50,745 nt of DNA, taken from the NCBI GenBank assembly GCA_913062655.1, contig CAJXXO010000001.1:1-50745 (forward strand). Direction: 5' to 3'. A program made the position numbers and the translations under genes. This stretch comes from an uncultured Bacteroidota bacterium. GTDB lineage: Bacteria > Bacteroidota > Bacteroidia > Chitinophagales > S012-47. The notes beneath the pieces are model-generated. The model made no database searches. It had not been told where the DNA came from and saw only the letters and a list, made by a program, of their open reading frames with translations. Positions 18,799-26,794 of this stretch are shown here, one piece after another. How positions within the stretch are numbered: the first letter of the stretch is position 1; every line of letters begins with the position of its first letter.

Positions 18799-20727
18799 AT
18801 GTTTTCCTCTAAATCCCTGATGACCTTACTGTTAGGCTGCCTTACCGCATTGGTTTTTGGTCAGTCAACCGCTGTCAACCTCGATACCTTTACCGTCTCC
18901 GCCTTACGGGTGGAAGTACCGCAATATGCTACCGGTCGTCATATTGTAGTGCTCACCGCTCAGGAGATTCAAAGCCTGCCCGTCAACACCATCGATGAAT
19001 TACTCCGCTATGTGCCAGGATTGGAGGCACAAAGCCGGGGTGCTTTTGGCGTGCAGAGCGACTTTAGCATTCAGGGCTCTACCTTCTCGCAGGTATTGGT
19101 CCTGATCGATGGTATGCGGATCAATGATCCCTTGACCGGTCACTTCAACAGCAATCTACCCATCAATCCACGAGATATCGCCCGTATAGAGGTACTCAAA
19201 GGTCCTGCTGCGGCCATGTATGGTGCCGATGCCATGGGTGGTGTCATCAACATTACCACCAAGATTCATGCCCCTATGGAGGAAGGCTGGCAAGCCGACC
19301 TGCAAGGTATGGCCGGTGCCTATGGCTTGCTAAGTACGACCAATTACCTACAATACAGCCAGGATAAATTGCGCATTACGGGAGGCTATATGCGTCACCA
19401 GGCTGATGGGCATCCGTTGGATGAAGGCGACAGCGCCTGGTTCAATGTCAATACCGTTTCGTTGGCCGCTCGCTATCAGGTAAACGACAAATTATCTGTC
19501 AGTTGGCGGGGCGGGTACGACTTTCGCGACTTCAATGCCAAGTACTTCTACACCCGAAGTCCTTTTGATGAATCGGTAGAGACCATCACCGGCTGGTGGC
19601 AACAGGCTCAACTGAAGCACCAGGGCAGTCGCCACCAACTCACTGCCGATGTGGCTTACAAGTGGAATGAAGATATTTTCCTCTTCAATCCCGCTTTTGG
19701 CGGCCCCAATGAGCACGTTACGCAACTGCTGAACGGACAGCTCAATTACCAGCTCAGACTGAATGATAAAATGCAGTGGGCAGCCGGTTTGCAGACGACC
19801 AACCGCGATATTGTGAGCAATGACCGTGGCGACCACAACGAATGGCATGCGGGTGTGTACACCGGCTTGTACTATCAGGTGCTTCCCAACTTACAGCTCA
19901 ACGGTAGCCTGCGGCTCGACCAGGATGAAAACTACGGATTGGAATTCACGCCCCAATTCAGTGCCGCTTACTGGTGGAAGCGGGGTGTCATCCGGGCCGC
20001 AGCCGGGCGCAGTATTCGGGCGGCTGATTTTACGGAGCGGTTCATTTCCACCAACCTGCCGGGGCCACTCAGCAGCGGGCGGAATCTGGGCAACCCCGAC
20101 CTGATTGCAGAAGAGGCGTGGCACGCTGAGTTGGGCGGTGACGTACAATTGACAGACGGACTGCAGTTAAGTGTAACAGGTTTCTACCGTGCTGGTCAAA
20201 ATGTAATTGATTACGTGCTCACGGCTGCCAATGCTATTCCCAATAATGGCAACCTCGATCCAATGGGCACCTTTCTTTTCGCAGAAAATATTGCAGAAGT
20301 CACCACCCAAGGTATTGATGCCAACCTGGAGTGGAGCCGACAGGTGGGCGACTGGACCTGGCGTACCCGATTGGGGTATCTCTTTACCGATATACAGACC
20401 AATGAACCGGTAAATGCCAAATACATCACCAATCAAGCACGCCACTTGCTTACCGCTACCGGCCAGGTACAACATAAAAGGGGTAGTCTCGGTATCAACG
20501 GCCTCTACAAAGTGCGCGATGAAGATGCAGCACCCGACATTGATGCATTTATGGCGGAAAACTACACCGTATGGCACCTTCGTGCAGAAGCTTTTGTTTG
20601 GCAAAAGAAGCTTAGTGTATTGGGCCAACTGCACAATATTTTCAATGCGCAGTACGCTGATATACTGGGTGCACAAATGCCGGGTCGTTGGTGGAGCGTT
20701 GGTGCTCGCATGCGACTGGGCCAATAA
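18799..20727 (+). CDS. TonB-dependent receptor (small, ~640 aa)
   Basis: The ORF opens at TTG 18775; I prefer ATG 18799 (MFSSKSLMTLLLGCLTALVFGQ signal peptide). Plug motifs are IDELLRYVPGLE, VLIDGMRINDP and IEVLKGPAAAMYGADAMGGVINITTK, followed by a beta-barrel-type sequence. Confidence 0.85.
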   Translation: MFSSKSLMTLLLGCLTALVFGQSTAVNLDTFTVSALRVEVPQYATGRHIVVLTAQEIQSLPVNTIDELLRYVPGLEAQSRGAFGVQSDFSIQGSTFSQVLVLIDGMRINDPLTGHFNSNLPINPRDIARIEVLKGPAAAMYGADAMGGVINITTKIHAPMEEGWQADLQGMAGAYGLLSTTNYLQYSQDKLRITGGYMRHQADGHPLDEGDSAWFNVNTVSLAARYQVNDKLSVSWRGGYDFRDFNAKYFYTRSPFDESVETITGWWQQAQLKHQGSRHQLTADVAYKWNEDIFLFNPAFGGPNEHVTQLLNGQLNYQLRLNDKMQWAAGLQTTNRDIVSNDRGDHNEWHAGVYTGLYYQVLPNLQLNGSLRLDQDENYGLEFTPQFSAAYWWKRGVIRAAAGRSIRAADFTERFISTNLPGPLSSGRNLGNPDLIAEEAWHAELGGDVQLTDGLQLSVTGFYRAGQNVIDYVLTAANAIPNNGNLDPMGTFLFAENIAEVTTQGIDANLEWSRQVGDWTWRTRLGYLFTDIQTNEPVNAKYITNQARHLLTATGQVQHKRGSLGINGLYKVRDEDAAPDIDAFMAENYTVWHLRAEAFVWQKKLSVLGQLHNIFNAQYADILGAQMPGRWWSVGARMRLGQ

Positions 20728-20735
20728 TAATCACT

Positions 20736-21161
20736 ATGCTTAAACGACATCTCCTATTCGCCATTTTGCTGTTATTCGTCACACCTGTCGTGGCACAGCA
20801 TACGCTTACCGTTACCATTACCGACATCCGCTCAGATGAAGGTAGATTGCTCATCGGCCTATACAAAGGAGCCGATACCTGGCTACATGATACCCAGGTC
20901 TACCGCACAGATGAGGTGGCGCCCAAAGAGGGTGAGGTGGTCATTTCCTTTGCAAATCTGCCTGCGGGTGAATACGGACTGGCCCTGCTGCATGATGAAG
21001 ATGGCGATGAAGAAATGAGTTTCACCTGGATGGGTATGCCGGCAGAAGCCTATGGCTTTAGCCGAATAGACAGCCGCATGATGCGAGAACCCGATTTTGA
21101 GGAGTGTCGAATAGTAATCGACAAAGACCGAAGCTTTACGATCGACCTTGTCCACTGGTAA
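20736..21161 (+). CDS. DUF2141 domain-containing secreted protein
   Basis: The ORF opens at 20688; I prefer ATG 20736 (MLKRHLLFAILLLFVTPVVAQ). TLTVTITDIRSDEGRLLIGLY.. and LPAGEYGLALLHDEDGDEEM..MGMPAEAYGFS match the DUF2141 pattern as I recall it. Confidence 0.7.
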   Translation: MLKRHLLFAILLLFVTPVVAQHTLTVTITDIRSDEGRLLIGLYKGADTWLHDTQVYRTDEVAPKEGEVVISFANLPAGEYGLALLHDEDGDEEMSFTWMGMPAEAYGFSRIDSRMMREPDFEECRIVIDKDRSFTIDLVHW

Positions 21162-21544
21162 TAAAAAACCGCCACGCAACATACGTGACGGCCACAACGC
21201 AACTATAGCAGAGACAAATGAAGCCTCATAATCTTTGACCAGGAAAACGATTTGGTGCCGATTTCCTGCCAGGGGATGTACAATACTATTTTATTTCATG
21301 AACCTGCAAAATGACAAAAGTCACTTTGCCATAAAATACAATATCCATTGTTATTGCTATGTGCATGCACCAAGGGGACAGGCACTATATGCCAGCAATT
21401 CTCATTTACACTATTGCATGTCAGGTTTGGGCTGTAATTTTGTAGTCAAACAACGCAAACACATCATCCCTAACCGAGCCCTTTTGCCGGCCTTTCTGAC
21501 AAAATCGGAAGTTGTGTGTTATAGCGAACTAAAAGGAGACTACA

Positions 21545-22066
21545 ATGAGCGACCATATATCATTGGTTCATGGAGATATCACCCAGCAAGAAGTAGACGT
21601 CATTGTCAATGCGGCCAATAATCATCTACACCGTGGTGGTGGTGTTGATGCGGCTATACACAAAGCCGGAGGTCCTGATATTCTTGAAGAGTGTAAAGCA
21701 TGGGTACGCCAGCATGGCGAGTTGCCCACCGGAAAAGTAATGATGAGTACCTCGGGTGACCTGCCTGTAAAAAAGGTTATTCATACAGCCGGACCGATTT
21801 GGTATGGCGGAAAAAGTGGCGAAGAGTTATTGCTCACCAATTGCTATGTCAACAGCCTTAAACTAGCTGCTGAGCAGGGCTTTACGTCCATAGCCTTTCC
21901 AAGCATCAGTACGGGCGTGTTTGGCTATCCGAAAGATAAGGCCGCCAAAGCCGCTATTGCAGCAGTCACCCATTTTCTTGAGCAGGATACTACTATTGAA
22001 AAAGTGGTATTCGTCTGTTTCGATGAGGAGAATTACAACATTTACAAACAGTTATTACCCCTTTAA
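21545..22066 (+). CDS. Macro domain protein (YmdB-like O-acetyl-ADP-ribose deacetylase)
   Basis: 173 aa. Motifs: GDITQQEVDVIVNAANNHLHRGGGVDAAIHKAGGP, VIHTAGPIW, SIAFPSISTGVFGYP. It is preceded by an AGGAG Shine-Dalgarno-like sequence. Confidence 0.9.
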   Translation: MSDHISLVHGDITQQEVDVIVNAANNHLHRGGGVDAAIHKAGGPDILEECKAWVRQHGELPTGKVMMSTSGDLPVKKVIHTAGPIWYGGKSGEELLLTNCYVNSLKLAAEQGFTSIAFPSISTGVFGYPKDKAAKAAIAAVTHFLEQDTTIEKVVFVCFDEENYNIYKQLLPL

Positions 22067-22848
22067 GTGGCGGGTAACAACCTGACCTGAATATCCTCCA
22101 GATCAATAGTAGAAAGTCTTTCCAGTGCACCGGCCACAAACAGGCTGTCTAACTGATGCAATGAAACAGAAGCATCTTTCGGCTTATAATTGATGTAGTC
22201 TTGCCAGCGAATGCCATTGACCGTATGCACCCGGTAGGCATCCCGAAAACGCATACCCCCACCATTCGTGTGGTATTCATACGCTAGATAATCCATGGTA
22301 TGACTTTTGGCATGGATCCAATAAAGGAAAACATCTTCAAAGTCCTCGCCTCCACCCTCTTCCCGAAAGGTAACCTGGATTTTGTGATAGGGGTTGCCTT
22401 TGATGTTTACACTATCCAGGTATTCGGCTATAACGGCATTGGATTGTAAGCCAAAAGGGAGCAGCGCAAAGTAGACGACAGAATTGGTGGTTTCACCATA
22501 CCTGGCCTTCTCCTTTTCTGCCCACTGCTCATTTGGTTGATCGTTTAAGGTTTTGCGAAACCCATCATTGTCTAGGTGATAGGTGGTGGTATCGCCCAGA
22601 GAATCAACTTTTACTTGCTTGTATGTGAATAACCCGCCATCCTGGCGTATCGTGAATGGGGTACCCCTGAAGGTAAACTGTGCCACCATGCGCTCATAGC
22701 GATCACCACCATGCGCGGCAATGGCTTGGTCAATCATGGTGTAGGCCATTCCCTCGCGCTTGATAACCTGTTCCTCTGCGGGCGATGAACAGGCCACAAG
22801 CAATAAGAGCGCAACGCTAAGCCAGGTATATTTACAGCAGCTTACCAA
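22063..22848 (-). CDS. Lipoprotein of unknown function, last gene of the Cu/Ag efflux operon (possibly DUF6503/LolA-like)
   Basis: 261 aa with a lipobox (LLLVAC|SS). The start overlaps the HMA gene by 17 nt. The family name comes from memory of similar Bacteroidota proteins and is unverified. Confidence 0.55.
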   Translation of the reverse strand: MVSCCKYTWLSVALLLLVACSSPAEEQVIKREGMAYTMIDQAIAAHGGDRYERMVAQFTFRGTPFTIRQDGGLFTYKQVKVDSLGDTTTYHLDNDGFRKTLNDQPNEQWAEKEKARYGETTNSVVYFALLPFGLQSNAVIAEYLDSVNIKGNPYHKIQVTFREEGGGEDFEDVFLYWIHAKSHTMDYLAYEYHTNGGGMRFRDAYRVHTVNGIRWQDYINYKPKDASVSLHQLDSLFVAGALERLSTIDLEDIQVRLLPAT

Positions 22849-23077
22849 AGAGTCCTTTTTTCAAGGGTTCAATGGTAAAACCCGCTTCCCGGACCGCTTG
22901 TATAGCCGCCTCTTTCTTTTCGGGAGCCACTTCCAATACTTTGTTTTTATCCTCAGTATCTACCGCCCACTCGTTTTCACCTACCGCCTTATCGAGGTAG
23001 GGTGTCACAGTGGCGATGCAACCCCCACAGTTGATATTCGTCTTGAATTGTGCCTTCTTCGACATGATTGTTTTCAT
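22832..23077 (-). CDS. Heavy-metal-associated (HMA) domain protein, CopZ-like metallochaperone
   Basis: 81 aa. It has a CxxC metal-binding loop in the expected N-terminal position (FKTNINCGGCIATV) and a size consistent with a ferredoxin-like fold. Confidence 0.8.
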   Translation of the reverse strand: MKTIMSKKAQFKTNINCGGCIATVTPYLDKAVGENEWAVDTEDKNKVLEVAPEKKEAAIQAVREAGFTIEPLKKGLFGKLL

Positions 23078-23128
23078 TTGATAAGAATCGTCAGGCGGGG
23101 TGTACCCACCTGACGATTACAATGTTTT

Positions 23129-23731
23129 TTACCCACCAATGGTTTCTTGCACCTTGCCGCAGCGCAGCATAGCATCTCCAAAGTAAGGGTTGAGAACCTC
23201 CTCCTCTGCAGCTAACCAATAGGCTCCCGTGTTGTCAAACGCCATGGGGCAATATTGCTTATACAAGGCGCTTTCGCCCGGATTGGCTTTAGCAATTAGG
23301 TACATGTGCTCTGACACATCTTCGAAGGCTACACGCTGCGCCTCAATGTCATCCCCCTCTGCCATGGCCTGCCAGTGGAGCAGCAGATGATCCAGGCTGG
23401 CTGAGCCGCTTGTATTTTCCACCGATAAGGCCTTGGCTGCGGCTGTTGCCGCTCCAGCATCTCCGGCTACTAATGCATCTTTCACCGCCAGGTACTGTGT
23501 AGTCAGTTGACCTACCACTTCTGCCGGGAGGGGCTCTGCACTCTCATGACCCCCTTCATGTAAGTGGGCTTCTTCATCATGACTATGGTCGTGGGCCTCA
23601 CCGTCATGATGTTCATGGGTGTCCGGACCATGTTCGTGGTCGTCCGCAGCTTGTTGCTCTTCGCCATTACAAGCCAATACAGCCAGGCCCAATGTGCAGG
23701 CTAAGGCTAGTTTCATCCATTTGATTTGCAT
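23129..23731 (-). CDS. DUF3347 domain lipoprotein with a His-rich N-terminal tract
   Basis: 200 aa with a lipobox (LAVLAC|NG). The segment DDHEHGPDTHEHHDGEAHDHSHDEEAHLHEGGH carries 11 His. The C-terminal motif YKQYCPMAFDNTGAYWLAAEEEVLNPYFGDAMLRCGKV recurs in the CusB C-terminus. Confidence 0.75.
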   Translation of the reverse strand: MQIKWMKLALACTLGLAVLACNGEEQQAADDHEHGPDTHEHHDGEAHDHSHDEEAHLHEGGHESAEPLPAEVVGQLTTQYLAVKDALVAGDAGAATAAAKALSVENTSGSASLDHLLLHWQAMAEGDDIEAQRVAFEDVSEHMYLIAKANPGESALYKQYCPMAFDNTGAYWLAAEEEVLNPYFGDAMLRCGKVQETIGG

Positions 23732-23757
23732 AGTTGATTGTTTTAAGGATTTGAAAA

Positions 23758-25491
23758 TTAAGGATTGATTTGTTTTTCTACCTCCCCACAGCGCAACATC
23801 ATATCGCCATAGTAGGGGTTGAGTACTTCTTCAACATCGCTAAGCCAGTAGGCGCCTTCATCGTTGTTGGCCATAGGGCAATAGACGAGGTACAATGCTG
23901 TTTCCGTGCCGAAGGCTACATTGGTTCTTACCATGTCGTTGGACAGGTTGACAAAAGCCTTTCTTTGTTGGTCGATCGTTTCGGCCTGTGTGATCTGCAC
24001 GGTAGCTTGCCGGATACCGGTATACCGTCCATTCCAGTAGGACTGTGCAATAGCATCGGTAAAGCTGCGCTTAGGGGGTAAGGAAGACAGGAGGGCATTG
24101 CCCTCTGCTTGCGCGGCCGCATAATCGGCCTCCACCAGGGCGCGTTGCATCTCCAGGTAGTGCTGGTTGGCGATCTTCATCTTTTCTAAAAAACCCGGGG
24201 TAGCCTCTGCGTGGTAATCAGGTACGTCACTAAAGGCGCCCTTCTTCTCGTTCGGCTCTGGATTCATCATGCTGGGTTTGTCTGCTAATTCGGAAGCAGC
24301 GTCAATGACATAGGTGCCATCAATAACAATCACTTCCCCTGCTTCCAGGCCTTCTTCCACCACATAGCTGTTACCCAGCGATGGCCCCAGTGTAATCTCG
24401 CGCAACTGAAATGAGGGGGCATCCGCATCGGCTAGCTGCACATACACGATGGAACGGGTCCCTGTCCATAACACGGCCGACTTCGGTATTACCAACTGCT
24501 CGCTGCCGGCAGCGATACTCGCCTCCACTGTACCGGTAACAAACATCTCCGGCTTTAACACGACATCCGGATTCGGCAACTCAGCTCTTACTGTCGCTAC
24601 ACGTGTTTGCTCGTTGATGACCGGATCGATAAAAGTAACTCGGGCCGTGAAGGTTTGTCCAGGTAATGATTTTACCTGTAAAATGATCTCATCACCGATA
24701 TTGATCCAAGGCAAATCATCTTCGTAAGCATCAAACGCTACCCAAACACGACTTAAATCAGCCATATCGAACAGTGGGGCACCCAACTTGAGGTGATCCC
24801 CAAAGTTGACCTGTTTGTTGATTACGTAACCAGATCGATCAGCGAGAACAGGAAAATCTTCCTTCACCTGACCACTTCGCTCTATCTGTGCTATCTGCTC
24901 ATCGGTTAGTTTCCACTGCCTTAATTTGGTGCGGGCCGCCTCCAATAGTTGTGGGTTGGCTTCGGCAAAGCGCTTCGCCTCCAGCAATTCTTCCTGCGCG
25001 GTAGCCAACTCGGGTGAATACATGGAAGCGATCTGCTGACCCGCCTGCACAAACTCACCCGTGAAGTTCACATACAACTGCTCGATACGTCCGGGAAAGT
25101 GGGCCGTTTGCGTAAATACCCGCCTTTCATCCACGGCAATTCTACCATTGAGGGTAATCAATTTGGCGGTCGCTCCTTTTTGTACCGGAGCGGTTTGCAC
25201 TCCGGCCAGCCTGATGGCTCGCTCCGACATTTTCAAGGTAAAGGGATCACTGCTGCCCTCTTCTTCACTTACCGGAATCAAGTCCATACCACAAATAGGG
25301 CATTTTCCCGGCTCCGGCTGTCTGATTTGCGGGTGCATGGAGCAGGTCCACGTTTCTGCTTCGCTGTGTTGATGCGTAGCCGCTTCTTCATGAGTAGAGG
25401 CTCCACCACCTGAAAAAAGTAACGCGCCCAGGACCACTCCTACAATGAGTGTGGCTATCAGGTAGAGGCTATATTTTACTTTCGTTTGCAT
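23758..25491 (-). CDS. cusB: RND efflux periplasmic adaptor (CusB-like), fused to an N-terminal metal-binding motif and a C-terminal DUF3347 domain
   Basis: 577 aa with an N-terminal TM helix. WTCSMHPQIRQPEPGKCPICGMDLIP is a heavy-metal-binding-domain-type motif. A barrel-sandwich/beta-barrel core follows. The last ~150 aa end in LVYCPMANNDEGAYWLSDVEEVLNPYYGDMMLRCGEV. Confidence 0.85.
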   Translation of the reverse strand: MQTKVKYSLYLIATLIVGVVLGALLFSGGGASTHEEAATHQHSEAETWTCSMHPQIRQPEPGKCPICGMDLIPVSEEEGSSDPFTLKMSERAIRLAGVQTAPVQKGATAKLITLNGRIAVDERRVFTQTAHFPGRIEQLYVNFTGEFVQAGQQIASMYSPELATAQEELLEAKRFAEANPQLLEAARTKLRQWKLTDEQIAQIERSGQVKEDFPVLADRSGYVINKQVNFGDHLKLGAPLFDMADLSRVWVAFDAYEDDLPWINIGDEIILQVKSLPGQTFTARVTFIDPVINEQTRVATVRAELPNPDVVLKPEMFVTGTVEASIAAGSEQLVIPKSAVLWTGTRSIVYVQLADADAPSFQLREITLGPSLGNSYVVEEGLEAGEVIVIDGTYVIDAASELADKPSMMNPEPNEKKGAFSDVPDYHAEATPGFLEKMKIANQHYLEMQRALVEADYAAAQAEGNALLSSLPPKRSFTDAIAQSYWNGRYTGIRQATVQITQAETIDQQRKAFVNLSNDMVRTNVAFGTETALYLVYCPMANNDEGAYWLSDVEEVLNPYYGDMMLRCGEVEKQINP

Positions 25492-25522
25492 ACGATAGAG
25501 TTTATCATTCTAAAATCGGCTC

Positions 25523-26794
25523 TTATAAATCCTGGCCGGTGATGTATTGGAGCTCAGCCCGGTACCGGTATTGGTCCGCTATGGCCTTGGCGTACTGCAA
25601 TTCATAATCCAACAGTTCCTCTTCCATACGAAGCAACTCTTCAAACGGCAATTCGCCATTTGCGTAAGCGGTAGTCATGATGCGCATCGCCTGTTCTGCC
25701 CGCTCGGAAAGCTTCTGATATAGCTGTCCTCTTTCGTACGCCTCTTCCCACAGGTAGGCCACCCCATCAAAAGCGGCTCTTAGCCTGGTCGCTTTGTCGG
25801 TGGCCGCCAGTTCAAACTGCGCTTGTCGCAATTCAGCTTCTTTGCGCTGTGCCCGGTATTTTTTGCGAAATAGTGGTACCGTTGCCGTTACCATGGGCAT
25901 CACCACATTCTGGCCATTATCCGGCCATACGGCATCCCTTCTTTCATCGACCAACACATAGTCGAGCCCCACACCCAAATTGGGCATACCTGTCTTTTCC
26001 GCTACCCGCACTTCGGCTGCGGCTGCTGCCTGTTGCTGTTGCAAAGCCAATAGCTGCGGGTGCTTTGCCGTCTCCCCGGGCATGAAGAGCGTACTATCCA
26101 TGGGCAACAGTGGCAAGGTATCCTGCACCGCTACAGGCTGGTCTTCTGGCCGATTCAGTAGGGCATTAAACTCTGCTTGCAGTGGAATTCGTTTCTCTTG
26201 TAGCAACTGTAGTCGTGTCTGCAACTCTTCCATTCGCATCTGCACACGAATCACATCCACCATACTGGTTTGGTTGTTTTCGTAGCGCACCCGTACCACA
26301 TTTTCATAGGATGAGAGCAGTGTCAGATCATCTGAGGTGATCGATATTTGCTGCTCCAGGTCATAGAGTTTGTAATACTGCTGTTTTACCTGCAGAAAAA
26401 GTGCATTCCGGGCATCCAGAAATCGCTGAAATTGCACCGCTGCATTCTTTGCCGCTACATCCTCGCGCGCTGAAAGCGTCCCAAACCAGGGAAACATTTG
26501 TGAAAGGGAGAAACGCGCCCGCTGTGGACCGACACGAGTCTCTACCGGAAGCAAAAAATACCCAAAAGAGAACTGCGGATCAGGCAAGCTATTGACCTGC
26601 GGAATCTTTTGCAGGGCTGCCTCATAGGCCTTGTACTGTGCCTGCAGTCCGGGGTTGTTTTCACCGGCTATCTGCAAATAATCGCTCAACGCCTGACTTT
26701 GTATTGGCCCTCCATACAAGGCAACAAGTGGCAAAACCAACCACCAAATGCATGGGTGCCAATTCAGAGGTATTGGATGTGGTCGCTTATCCAT
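25523..26794 (-). CDS. TolC-family outer-membrane efflux protein
   Basis: The ORF opens at 26860; I prefer ATG 26794 (MDKRPH..), which overlaps the cusA stop in ATGGATAA (8 nt). It has the two-repeat coiled-coil/beta architecture typical of OMF proteins (~424 aa). Confidence 0.85.
   Translation of the reverse strand: MDKRPHPIPLNWHPCIWWLVLPLVALYGGPIQSQALSDYLQIAGENNPGLQAQYKAYEAALQKIPQVNSLPDPQFSFGYFLLPVETRVGPQRARFSLSQMFPWFGTLSAREDVAAKNAAVQFQRFLDARNALFLQVKQQYYKLYDLEQQISITSDDLTLLSSYENVVRVRYENNQTSMVDVIRVQMRMEELQTRLQLLQEKRIPLQAEFNALLNRPEDQPVAVQDTLPLLPMDSTLFMPGETAKHPQLLALQQQQAAAAAEVRVAEKTGMPNLGVGLDYVLVDERRDAVWPDNGQNVVMPMVTATVPLFRKKYRAQRKEAELRQAQFELAATDKATRLRAAFDGVAYLWEEAYERGQLYQKLSERAEQAMRIMTTAYANGELPFEELLRMEEELLDYELQYAKAIADQYRYRAELQYITGQDL

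Noticed and set aside
21168-21192. Imperfect hairpin CCGCCACG-CAACATA-CGTGACGG after the DUF2141 gene, considered as a terminator.
   Set aside because: The stem has one mismatch and no T-run follows on the plus strand. It is too weak to call.
21235-21621. 128-aa ORF in the AT-rich spacer that overlaps the macro-domain start.
   Set aside because: It starts with TTG, has Cys/His/Tyr-rich odd composition with no motif, and runs 77 nt into the well-supported macro gene in another frame.
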